A stretch of DNA of 54,208 nucleotides from an uncultured Myxococcales bacterium (GTDB taxonomy: Bacteria > Myxococcota_A > UBA9160 > SZUA-336): NCBI GenBank assembly GCA_964582775.1, contig CAZOTO010000004.1:1-54208 (forward strand), written 5' to 3'. Shown one piece after another: positions 17,670 through 25,778 of this stretch. The position numbers were made by a program, and so were the translations under genes. The first letter of the stretch is position 1; every line of letters begins with the position of its first letter. The notes under the pieces were generated by a model that worked only from the letters and a program-made list of their open reading frames with translations, made no database searches and had not been told where the DNA came from.

Positions 17670-19888
17670 CGTGGGTTCGTCTCCGCTCGCACCTGCGGCG
17701 CACGCACATCGGCACTCTCGCTCGGGTCTGCCGACAACACGCGGCGCACCTCGTCGAGGAGTTGCTCGGCCTGGAATGGCTTGCGCAGGAAGCCATCGAC
17801 GGGCGGTACGTCCTCGCCGCGATCGGCCGGCGGCGGATAGCCCGACACGAGCAGGACGCGAACGTCGGGCCGGAGCTTCTTCAGGCGGGCGGCGAGCTCG
17901 CCACCGCCGGTTCCCGGCATCACCACGTCGGAGAGCAGCAGATGGATGGGGCCCGGCTCGCGCGCCGTCGCGAGCAACGCCTCGCGTCCGCTGCGCGCCT
18001 CGATCACGCGGTAGCCACGCTGCTCGAGGATCTGGCGCACGAGCTTGCGCACGGAGTCGTCGTCCTCGGCGACGAGCACGGTCTCCGATGCCGCCGTCGC
18101 GGTGCCGCGGTCTCCTGCCGCCCCCGTCCGCCCCGTCTCGGCCGTCGGAAGGTAGAGGTGGAACGTCGTGCCGACGTCGAGCTTGCTCTCCACGCGGATC
18201 GCGCCGCCGAGCTGGCGCACGATCCCGTACACGATGGACAGGCCGAGACCCGTGCCGCGATCGCTTCGCTTCGTGGTGAAGAAGGGATCGAACGCGTGCG
18301 AGAGCGTCTCCTCGTCCATGCCGCAACCCGTGTCGGTCACGACGAGCCGCACATGCTCGCCCGCCGAGGAGAGGCCGAGCTCGGCGGCCTCCTCGGCACG
18401 CAGCGTGCGGTGCTCCGTGCGAAGCGTGAGCTTGCCACCCGAAGGCATGGCATCGGAGGCGTTCACCGCGAGGTTCATCACCACCTGTTGCAGCTGCGCA
18501 GGATCGGCGCGCACGAATCCCGCCCTGGGATCGAGCTCGATGCCGAGCTCGATGTGGGCGGCGAGCAAGCGGCCCAGCATCGCCTCGAGATCCTTCACCG
18601 CGTCGTTCGCCGCGACCGTGCGCGCACCGGCGCCGTGCGGCCGGCTGAAGGCGAGGAGCTGACGGGTGAGCGCGGTCGCACGCTCCACGGCGTGGCCGAT
18701 CTCCTCGACGTCGGCGCGGGAGGGATCGGACACCGCGAGCCGCGTGAGGAGCGAGTCGGAGTAGCCTCCGATCACCATGAGCAGGTTGTTGAAGTCGTGC
18801 GCGATCCCTCCGGCCAGCCGGCCCACGGCCTCCATCTTCTGGCTTTGCAGGAGCTGGGACTGGCTGTGGCGCAGCGCCTCCTCGCTGTGCTTGCGCCGCA
18901 ACGCATTGCCGAAGATCTCCGCCACCAGCACGAGCTGGCGGATCTCGGTCTCGGACCAGCTGCGCATCTCGCGCATGCGCTCGAAGTTGAGCGTGGTGAG
19001 GACCACCTCGCGGTTGCGCAAGGGGATGTTGAGGAAGGAGCGCACTCCGCGGCGCAGGAACGATCCGCGCTCCGCACACGCCTCGTCCGGAAGACGCGAT
19101 ACGTCGGGCACGTGCGAGATCGTGCCGGAGGCCACCTGGGACGACAGCCAGGCATAACGGCGACGCGCGATGCGGTAGCCCTCGTCGGCGGAAAGCGTGC
19201 GGCGCGCTCGCAGATCGCCGAAGGAGCGCGGCAGGCCGTGGAACTCCGCCACTCCGTCGAGCCCGTGCGGAAACACGTACAGGTACGCGCGATCCGCTCC
19301 CGCAAGCCGTGCCGCGAGATCGAGCACGTCGCGAACGCCCGCATCGACCTCGTCGCCGGAGAGCGTAAGCAGTCGGCGCGAGAGCTCCGCCAACCCGCGC
19401 TCGAAGTCCACCTGCCGGCGCAGCGCCTGCTCGAGCTCGCGGTGCGCGCTCGCATCGCGCACGATGCCGAGAACGCGCCGCTCACCGTCTCCCGTCGCGA
19501 AGGCGCGCGCACTGGCCTCCACCCAGCGCGTGCTTGCGTCGCGTGCGACGAGACGCATCGCATGCAGCGCCGGCCCCGGGCGCTCCTGCCAACGCGAGTC
19601 GCGCACGTCGACGAGAGCCTTGCGATACAGCTCGTGCTCCTCCGCGAGCAGGATCGCATAGGCGGGTCGACCGACGAGCTCCTCCGGTGTCCAGCCCAGC
19701 AGTCCCTCGACCGCGGGGCTCACGAAACGCATCACGTCGTCATCATCGAGCTCGATCAGGACGTCGCGCGTCCCCTCGGCGATGGCGCGATAGCGGATCT
19801 CGGCCTCGCGCAGGCGGGCGAGAGCAAGATCGTGCGAACCGGCGCAGACCGGCTCGCGCTCGGGACTCTGTGGGAGCATCCGGCTCAT
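17666..19888 (-). CDS. Hybrid sensor histidine kinase/response regulator (PAS-GAF-HisKA-HATPase-REC)
   Basis: H-box GGIAHDFNNLL, N-box MNLAVNASDAM and G-boxes DTGCGM / GTGLGLS are present. The C-terminal receiver has VLVAEDDD ... LLLSDVVMPG ... RKPF. The start is taken at the ATG at 19888 (MSRMLPQ). Confidence 0.85.
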   Translation of the reverse strand: MSRMLPQSPEREPVCAGSHDLALARLREAEIRYRAIAEGTRDVLIELDDDDVMRFVSPAVEGLLGWTPEELVGRPAYAILLAEEHELYRKALVDVRDSRWQERPGPALHAMRLVARDASTRWVEASARAFATGDGERRVLGIVRDASAHRELEQALRRQVDFERGLAELSRRLLTLSGDEVDAGVRDVLDLAARLAGADRAYLYVFPHGLDGVAEFHGLPRSFGDLRARRTLSADEGYRIARRRYAWLSSQVASGTISHVPDVSRLPDEACAERGSFLRRGVRSFLNIPLRNREVVLTTLNFERMREMRSWSETEIRQLVLVAEIFGNALRRKHSEEALRHSQSQLLQSQKMEAVGRLAGGIAHDFNNLLMVIGGYSDSLLTRLAVSDPSRADVEEIGHAVERATALTRQLLAFSRPHGAGARTVAANDAVKDLEAMLGRLLAAHIELGIELDPRAGFVRADPAQLQQVVMNLAVNASDAMPSGGKLTLRTEHRTLRAEEAAELGLSSAGEHVRLVVTDTGCGMDEETLSHAFDPFFTTKRSDRGTGLGLSIVYGIVRQLGGAIRVESKLDVGTTFHLYLPTAETGRTGAAGDRGTATAASETVLVAEDDDSVRKLVRQILEQRGYRVIEARSGREALLATAREPGPIHLLLSDVVMPGTGGGELAARLKKLRPDVRVLLVSGYPPPADRGEDVPPVDGFLRKPFQAEQLLDEVRRVLSADPSESADVRAPQVRAETNPR

Positions 19889-20143
19889 GCAGCGATTTCC
19901 ATCGGGGGATCGAAGCGGCGACCAGCGTAACGGCCGCTCGTACGCGCGCATCCCTGCCGAGCGGGACGCTATCACGTTTCGAGGCCCTCGGTCGCGCGAT
20001 TCGCGCGGTGAGACCCGTGCCCCATTCCGGGATTCGTTCGCGGCTTCCTGCTACGGTGGACACGCGCTTCCGCTATGACCCGACAGCGACGGCGGTGCTG
20101 TAATCGGTGACGGAAACGCGACCGGCGTGGAGAGGAGAACGAC

Positions 20144-21277
20144 ATGGGCCCCCTGCACGGACTCAAGATCATCGAGATCGCGGGCATCGGCCCCGGACCG
20201 TTCGCCGGGATGATGCTCTCGGACATGGGCGCCGAGGTGCTGCGCGTGGCTCGACCGGCCAGCGCGAGCTGGGGCAACGACGCGCTCGACCTGCTCAATC
20301 GCGGGCGCCGTTCGATCTCGGTGGACCTGAAGCACCCCGAGGCCCGCGGGCTGATCCTCGATCTGGTCGCGGGTGCGGACGGCCTGTTCGAGGGCTTCCG
20401 GCCCGGCGTGATGGAGAAGCTCGGCCTCGGCCCCGAGCCGTGCCTCGAGCGCAATCCACGCCTGGTCTACGGCCGGATGACGGGCTTCGGCCAGGACGGC
20501 CCCCTCGCCCACGCCGCCGGACACGACCTCAACTACATCGCGCTCGCCGGGGCTCTCGAGCACATGGGGCGACGGGGGCAACCCCCGACACCGCCGCTCA
20601 ACATCGTGGGCGACTTCGGCGGCGGCGGGCTCCTGCTGGCCTTCGGCATGGTGTGCGCGCTGCTCGAGCGCACGCGCTCCGGACGCGGGCAGGTGGTGGA
20701 TGCGGCCATGGTGGACGGTACGGCGACGTTGATGACGATCTTCCACGCCACGATCGCCGCCGGCGCCTGGAGCCCGGAGCGCGGCACGAACCTGCTCGAC
20801 TCCGGCGCCCACTTCTACGACGTGTACGAGACCTCCGACGGCAGGTACGTGTCGATCGGCGCGATCGAGCCGCAGTTCTACGCCGAGCTGTGTCGCCGAA
20901 TCGGGATCGATCCGGCCTCGCTCCCGCCGCAGATGGATCGCGCGAGCTGGCCCGTCGCAAAGGAGCGGCTCGCCGAGATCTTCCGCACGAGGACGCGCGA
21001 CGAGTGGTGCGCCCTGCTCGAAGGCACCGACGCGTGCTTCGCTCCGGTGCTGTCCATGGCGGAGGCTCCCCAACACCCGCACAACCGGGCACGCGGGACC
21101 TTCGTCGAGGTCGAGGGGGTCGTCCAGCCCCGCCCCGCCCCGCGCTTCAGCCGCACCGACTCCGGGATCTCGCGGCCGCCGGTCGCTCCGGGAGCGGACA
21201 CGGACGAGGCGCTGCGCGACTGGGGCATCGCCGTGGATCGCATCGCAGCACTGCGCACGGCGAAGGCGATCTACTGA
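20144..21277 (+). CDS. CoA transferase family III (CaiB/BaiF), alpha-methylacyl-CoA racemase-like
   Basis: Starts MGPLHGLKIIEIAGIGPGPFAGMMLSDMGAEV. Contains RPGVMEKLGLGP, GHDLNYIALAG and GDFGGGG. GAGAGGAG lies upstream of the start. Confidence 0.85.
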   Translation: MGPLHGLKIIEIAGIGPGPFAGMMLSDMGAEVLRVARPASASWGNDALDLLNRGRRSISVDLKHPEARGLILDLVAGADGLFEGFRPGVMEKLGLGPEPCLERNPRLVYGRMTGFGQDGPLAHAAGHDLNYIALAGALEHMGRRGQPPTPPLNIVGDFGGGGLLLAFGMVCALLERTRSGRGQVVDAAMVDGTATLMTIFHATIAAGAWSPERGTNLLDSGAHFYDVYETSDGRYVSIGAIEPQFYAELCRRIGIDPASLPPQMDRASWPVAKERLAEIFRTRTRDEWCALLEGTDACFAPVLSMAEAPQHPHNRARGTFVEVEGVVQPRPAPRFSRTDSGISRPPVAPGADTDEALRDWGIAVDRIAALRTAKAIY

Positions 21278-21392
21278 CGACGGCCGCGGCGCAGGTGATT
21301 CGGCCGGCGCTTCGGGATATGCTGGGCGCGGCCACCCCCCGTTCGGAGCTGGATTCGCCGAGACCCGGCGAAGGTCCGGCAGCGGGGACGCG

Positions 21393-22625
21393 ATGATCGA
21401 CGCGCTGCTCGGGTTCGGTCTCACCGACGCCATCGACATCGCCATCGGCTCGGCCCTGCTCTACGTAGGGCTGGTGCATCTGCGCCGCTCGCGCGCCGCG
21501 CTCGTGGCGCTCGGAGTCGCGCTCCTCGGCGCGCTGTACCTGGTCGCGCACGTGCTCGATCTGGCGCTCACGACGGGGCTGCTGCACGGGCTGTTCGCAG
21601 CGCTCGCGGTCGCCATCGTCGTCCTGTTCCAGGAGGAGCTGCGCCAGGGGCTCGAGGAGCTCGCCGCCTGGGTCGTGGGCCGGCGCGACGACCATCGCCC
21701 GCGGCTCGACTCCGCGGACGTGCTCGCCGCCGCGCTGCACCGCCTGGCCGCGAAGCGCGTGGGAGCGCTCGTCGTGCTCGCCGGCACCCAGAAGCTCGAC
21801 CGGCATCTGCAGGGCGCCGTCCCGCTGCGCGGCGTGGTGAGCGCCGAGCTGCTGGAGAGCCTGTTCGACCCAGGTTCTCCCGGTCACGACGGTGCCGTGG
21901 TGATCGAGGATCGCATCGTCGAGTGCTTCGGCGCCCGACTGCCGCTGTCGAAGAACACGCGACAGCTCGGGCGGGGAGGCACCCGGCACTGCGCGGCACT
22001 CGGGCTGTCGGAGCGAACCGACGCGCTCGTGCTCGTGGTGTCGGAGGAGCGGGGCTCCCTCTCGGTGGCACAGAGCGGGATGCTCGTCGAGGTCCCCACC
22101 GAGGCGGATCTCGCCGCGCGGATTCGCGCCTTCCATCGCGATCGCCGCCGGCTCGGACACTCGCAGCCGAGCTTCTCGCGATGGATGCGGTCGCATCGCC
22201 GCGAGAAGCTCGCCGCCGTCGGGCTCGCCTCGGCGTCCTGGCTCGCGCTCACCGTCGCCTCCCATCCCGTCTCGAAGACCTTCGACGTCCCCGTGCGCGT
22301 CGTCGGCCTACGCGACGGGTTGCGCATCGAGGCGCTCGATCCACCGTCGGTGCCCATCACCGTACGCGCCCCGCGCGCCGATCTCGCCCTGTCGGATCCC
22401 GGCGATCTCGCGCTCTCCCTCGATGCCTCGCAGGCTCGCTCCGCGGGCAGACGTACGCTCGAGATCCGCCGCGCGGACGTCCGTGCGCCCGAGGCGATGG
22501 AGGTCCTGTCCATCGCGCGTTCCACGGTGGAGCTATCGCTCGCGTCGATCTCGAAGGCGAAGATGGCGTCGAAGCCCGCCGTCGCCGCAGCCCCCTTGCC
22601 TCGACGGCGCGGCGCCCATCGATGA
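21393..22625 (+). CDS. cdaA: Diadenylate cyclase (CdaA-type DAC domain) fused to a C-terminal YbbR-like region
   Basis: N-terminal TM helices are followed by DAC motifs GALVVL, HDGAVVI and GTRHCAALGLSERTDALVLVVSEERGSLSVA. An extra TM (LAAVGLASASWLALTVA) follows, then about 100 aa with a YbbR-repeat-like pattern (FDVPVRVVGLRDGLRIEALDPPSVPITVRAP). Confidence 0.75.
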   Translation: MIDALLGFGLTDAIDIAIGSALLYVGLVHLRRSRAALVALGVALLGALYLVAHVLDLALTTGLLHGLFAALAVAIVVLFQEELRQGLEELAAWVVGRRDDHRPRLDSADVLAAALHRLAAKRVGALVVLAGTQKLDRHLQGAVPLRGVVSAELLESLFDPGSPGHDGAVVIEDRIVECFGARLPLSKNTRQLGRGGTRHCAALGLSERTDALVLVVSEERGSLSVAQSGMLVEVPTEADLAARIRAFHRDRRRLGHSQPSFSRWMRSHRREKLAAVGLASASWLALTVASHPVSKTFDVPVRVVGLRDGLRIEALDPPSVPITVRAPRADLALSDPGDLALSLDASQARSAGRRTLEIRRADVRAPEAMEVLSIARSTVELSLASISKAKMASKPAVAAAPLPRRRGAHR

Positions 22626-22638
22626 GAATGGGCGCGCG

Positions 22639-23403
22639 ATGAAGCTCTACTCATGGAACGTCAATGGCTATCGCGCCGCTTGGCGTGGCGGCTTCCTCGA
22701 TTGGCTGCGCGAGCGGGCGCCCGACGTCGTGTGCCTGCAGGAGACGAAGGTCCATCCGGAGCAGCTCGACGAGGAGAGGTTGCACCCGCTCGGCTACCGC
22801 TCGTACTGGCACAGTGCGCGCAAGCGCGGCTACAGCGGCGTCGCCACCCTGTGCAAGCGCGAGCCCGCCCGCGTCACCGAGGGGCTCGGCGTGCCCGCGT
22901 TCGACGACGAGGGACGCGTGCTCACCACGGAGATCGCCGACCTCGTGCTCGTGAATGCGTACTTCCCCAATAGCCAGCGCGACCATGCGCGGCTGCCGCA
23001 CAAGCTCGCCTTCTGCGACGCCATCCTTCAGCGGCTGGACGCATACCGGCAGGAGGGCCGTCACGTGATCCTGTGCGGCGACTACAACATCGCACATCGC
23101 CCGATCGACTTGGCGAACCCGAAGCAGAACGAGAGGAACGCGGGCTACCTGCCCGAGGAGCGGGCCTGGATGGACGAGCTCGAGGCCCACGGATGGATCG
23201 ACGCGTTCCGCCACGCGTGCGACGAGCCCGGTCACTACACGTGGTGGAGCTACCGGCCGGGCGTGCGCGAGCGCAACATCGGGTGGCGCATCGACTACTT
23301 CACGGTGAACCCACAGCTCGTTGCGCGCGTGGCGCGTGCCTTCATCGAGCCGCAGGTGATGGGATCGGATCACTGCCCGATCGGCCTCGAGATCCGCGGA
23401 TGA
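22639..23403 (+). CDS. xthA: Exodeoxyribonuclease III
   Basis: Starts MKLYSWNVNG. Contains CLQETK, NAYFPN, GDYNIAH, WWSYR and SDHCP, the full EEP/ExoIII motif set. Confidence 0.9.
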   Translation: MKLYSWNVNGYRAAWRGGFLDWLRERAPDVVCLQETKVHPEQLDEERLHPLGYRSYWHSARKRGYSGVATLCKREPARVTEGLGVPAFDDEGRVLTTEIADLVLVNAYFPNSQRDHARLPHKLAFCDAILQRLDAYRQEGRHVILCGDYNIAHRPIDLANPKQNERNAGYLPEERAWMDELEAHGWIDAFRHACDEPGHYTWWSYRPGVRERNIGWRIDYFTVNPQLVARVARAFIEPQVMGSDHCPIGLEIRG

Positions 23404-23447
23404 GCGCACGCATCGGAGCGAGACTCACGTGCTCCACGCACCCCGGG

Positions 23448-24329
23448 TCAGATGCCGCATCCCGAACGCTCGCCACCGGTGTCGTCTCCCGACGGCCGCA
23501 CCTGCAGCTTCGGTAGCTCGATCTGCACGCGCGAGCCCGGCGCAACCGACCGCGTGAGCCAGGCGTTGCCGCCGATCACCGAGCGGGCACCGATCACCGT
23601 GTCGCCCCCCAGGATGGTCGCGTTCGGATAGATCGTGACCTCGTCCTCGATCGTGGGATGGCGTTTCTGGCCGGCGTCGGCCCGGCCGTGCTTGTTCGAG
23701 AACGCTCCAAGCGTCACGCCGTGGTACATCTTCACGCGATTGCCGATCTCGCACGTCTCCCCGATCACCACCCCCGTTCCGTGATCGATGAAGAAGTGGC
23801 AGCCGATGCGAGCCCCCGGATGGATGTCGATGCCGGTGCGCGCGTGGGCTTCTTCGGACATGATTCGCGCCACCACCGGCTCGCCGAGCACGTAGAGCCG
23901 ATGCGCGATGCGATAGGTCGAGATGGCGTAGACGGAGGGATACGCCGCGATCACCTCCGAGATGCTCTGTGCGGCAGGGTCGCCCTGGAACGCCGCTTCG
24001 ACGTCCATCGCCAGGCACCGGCGGATCTCCGGCAGGCGATCGAGCAGCTCACTCGCCGTCGAAGGGCCGACGATCGCCGAGAGCAGTCCGTGCGCCACCT
24101 CGAGATCCGCCTCGAGTCGCTCGGCCGGGGTGCGCTCGAGCACGAGGGATTGCAAGCGGCCGAGCACCTCGATCACCCGCAACGGATCGGGGCAGCGCTC
24201 CTTCCGCGCGCAGGTGATGGCATCGTTTCCCTCCCGCAGGACGGCGAGCGCTCGGGCCACACGATCGATGGAATCGGGCAAGGGAGGAAGCTCCTCTTCG
24301 AGGGACGCGCTCCATCGGATGCCGCACAA
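23448..24329 (-). CDS. cysE: Serine O-acetyltransferase, long-N-terminus (EpsC-like) form
   Basis: Hexapeptide-repeat C-terminal half with IDIHPGARIG, FIDHGTGVVIGET and HGVTLG. The track start at 24329 is a TTG codon, so the exact start is uncertain. Confidence 0.8.
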   Translation of the reverse strand: MCGIRWSASLEEELPPLPDSIDRVARALAVLREGNDAITCARKERCPDPLRVIEVLGRLQSLVLERTPAERLEADLEVAHGLLSAIVGPSTASELLDRLPEIRRCLAMDVEAAFQGDPAAQSISEVIAAYPSVYAISTYRIAHRLYVLGEPVVARIMSEEAHARTGIDIHPGARIGCHFFIDHGTGVVIGETCEIGNRVKMYHGVTLGAFSNKHGRADAGQKRHPTIEDEVTIYPNATILGGDTVIGARSVIGGNAWLTRSVAPGSRVQIELPKLQVRPSGDDTGGERSGCGI

Positions 24330-24414
24330 ACCGCCGAGTTTCCAGGGGTTGGTCCCTGCGGTTGACGAGGGGCGCCACCGCCTCCCATATTCGCCCCGGA
24401 CGAGGGGGGAGAGC

Positions 24415-25311
24415 GTGACGATATTCAGCCACTCGCGGCTGTCGGCTTTCGAGAACTGCCCTCGTCAGTACCGCTACCGCTACATCGAGAAGATTCCCGT
24501 CGAGACCGAAGGCATCGAGGCATTCGTCGGCAAGCGCGTCCACGAGATCCTCGAGCGGCTCTACCACCACGTCGCCCGCCACCGCAAGCCGCCGAGCCTC
24601 GGCCAGGTGCTCGACCGCTTCCGCAAGGATTGGGACGTCGCATTCCACGATCGCATCCGCGTCGTGCGCGAGGAGACCACCGCCGACGAGTACCGGGAAC
24701 GCGGCGAGCGGGGCCTCACGAACTACTACCGCTCGAACTATCCGTTCGAGACCGGCGAGACGGTGGGGCTCGAGCGCGCGCTCTCCATCCAGCTCGACGA
24801 GAGCGGCCGCTATCGCATGAGAGGAATCGTCGATCGGATCGTGCGGCGCGGACCGGGCCGCTACGAGATCCACGACTACAAGACCGGAGCGTCGCTGCCA
24901 CCGCGGCGCATCTTCGAACGCGATCGACAGCTCGCGCTCTACCAGATCGGCCTCGAGCAGACCTTCGACGACGTGGAAGAGGTCGAGCTCGTCTGGCACT
25001 ACCTCACCTTCAACCGCACGTTCACCCAAACGCGAAGCCCGGAGCAGCTCACCGAGCTTCGCACCGGGACGATCGCGCTGATCGACACGATCGAATCCGC
25101 GACGGAGCACCCACCGCGCACGGGCCCGCTGTGCCGCTGGTGCGACTACAACGAGATCTGCGATGCGGGGCGGGACGCGGCACGGCGCGGCGCGCCGGAT
25201 GCGACAGCGACGGATCTCGCGGCGAACGCCGACGGCGGAGCTCTGCCGGGTCGCGGAGCCGCGGCGGGCGACGCCTCGCTCGCCGCCACCCAGCTCTCCT
25301 GGCTCGACTGA
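24415..25311 (+). CDS. PD-(D/E)XK nuclease family protein with Cas4/AddB-like Fe-S cysteine set
   Basis: GTG at 24415 is preceded by GAGGGGGGAGAG. It has an N-terminal Cys (FENCPRQY), RecB-type motifs GIVDRI ... YEIHDYKTG ... RQLALYQ, and a C-terminal CRWCDYNEIC. The Ala/Gly-rich tail may be disordered. Confidence 0.75.
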   Translation: MTIFSHSRLSAFENCPRQYRYRYIEKIPVETEGIEAFVGKRVHEILERLYHHVARHRKPPSLGQVLDRFRKDWDVAFHDRIRVVREETTADEYRERGERGLTNYYRSNYPFETGETVGLERALSIQLDESGRYRMRGIVDRIVRRGPGRYEIHDYKTGASLPPRRIFERDRQLALYQIGLEQTFDDVEEVELVWHYLTFNRTFTQTRSPEQLTELRTGTIALIDTIESATEHPPRTGPLCRWCDYNEICDAGRDAARRGAPDATATDLAANADGGALPGRGAAAGDASLAATQLSWLD

Positions 25312-25363
25312 GGATCGATCGGTCCACCGCCGAGCGGACGGCGACGCGGCGTTGACGCTGGCC

Positions 25364-25377
25364 GTCACCCGGGTGAC
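25364..25377. promoter_or_regulatory. Perfect 14-bp palindrome GTCACCCGGGTGAC, candidate enhancer (UAS) site
   Basis: Read directly from the sequence. It sits about 100 bp upstream of the sigma-54-like promoter in the nuclease/topoisomerase VI intergenic region. A few such palindromes are expected by chance in 54 kb. Confidence 0.3.
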
Positions 25378-25472
25378 ACCCCGCGCTCCCGAGCGATCCG
25401 GCGGCTCGGACACCGATCGAAAATTCCTTTTTACTTCGAATGGTTACCAGAACACCCTGCCCGGGACAGAAT

Positions 25473-25488
25473 TGGCACGCCGAGTGCT
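25473..25488 (+). promoter_or_regulatory. Candidate sigma-54 (-24/-12) promoter
   Basis: TGGCACGCCGAGTGCT has GG at 25474-25475 and GC at 25486-25487. This is the exact spacing of the TGGCACG-N4-TTGC consensus, with one mismatch in the -12 element (GTGC). It lies about 45 nt upstream of the ATG at 25533, and an AT-rich tract (25418-25436) lies between it and the palindrome. Confidence 0.55.
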
Positions 25489-25532
25489 TCGTCCCAGAGG
25501 CGAATTCCGACGGATGTCGGGAGGGGAAGACG

Positions 25533-25742
25533 ATGACTGTGCGAGCGGCCATTCGAATCGAGAACCTGGAGGGGTTGGCCCCTCAAGTCTCCGAGGTGAT
25601 CACACTCCTCGACCTCGTGGCGGCGGTCGCGGAATCCGCCGAGAACGACGACGAGGTCGTGGCGACGGTACGAAGCCTGATCAACAGCGGAAAGGTCGCG
25701 ATTGTCGGCAACTTCGGCGGAGCGGACGTCCGGGTGAGCTGA
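25533..25742 (+). CDS. Small acidic hypothetical protein (69 aa), first gene of the topoisomerase VI operon
   Basis: ATG at 25533 is preceded by GGGAGGGGAAG. Sequence: MTVRAAIRIENLEGLAPQVSEVITLLDLVAAVAESAENDDEVVATVRSLINSGKVAIVGNFGGADVRVS. It ends 36 nt before top6B. The longer track version from 25440 would overlap the promoter-like element. Confidence 0.55.
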   Translation: MTVRAAIRIENLEGLAPQVSEVITLLDLVAAVAESAENDDEVVATVRSLINSGKVAIVGNFGGADVRVS

Positions 25743-25778
25743 CGCTACCCTCCCCCCGCTCTCGGGGGGTGAGGATCG

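Noticed and set aside
25389-25409. Hairpin CCGAGC-N9-GCTCGG downstream of the nuclease gene as an intrinsic terminator
   Set aside because: The stem is only 6 bp, and the T-rich run begins about 20 nt after it, which is too far for a canonical Rho-independent terminator.
24415-25532. Possibility of a CRISPR-Cas locus because of the Cas4-like nuclease
   Set aside because: No direct repeats or spacer array are visible in the flanking intergenic regions, and no other cas genes are in the window. The four-Cys PD-(D/E)XK domain also occurs outside CRISPR systems.
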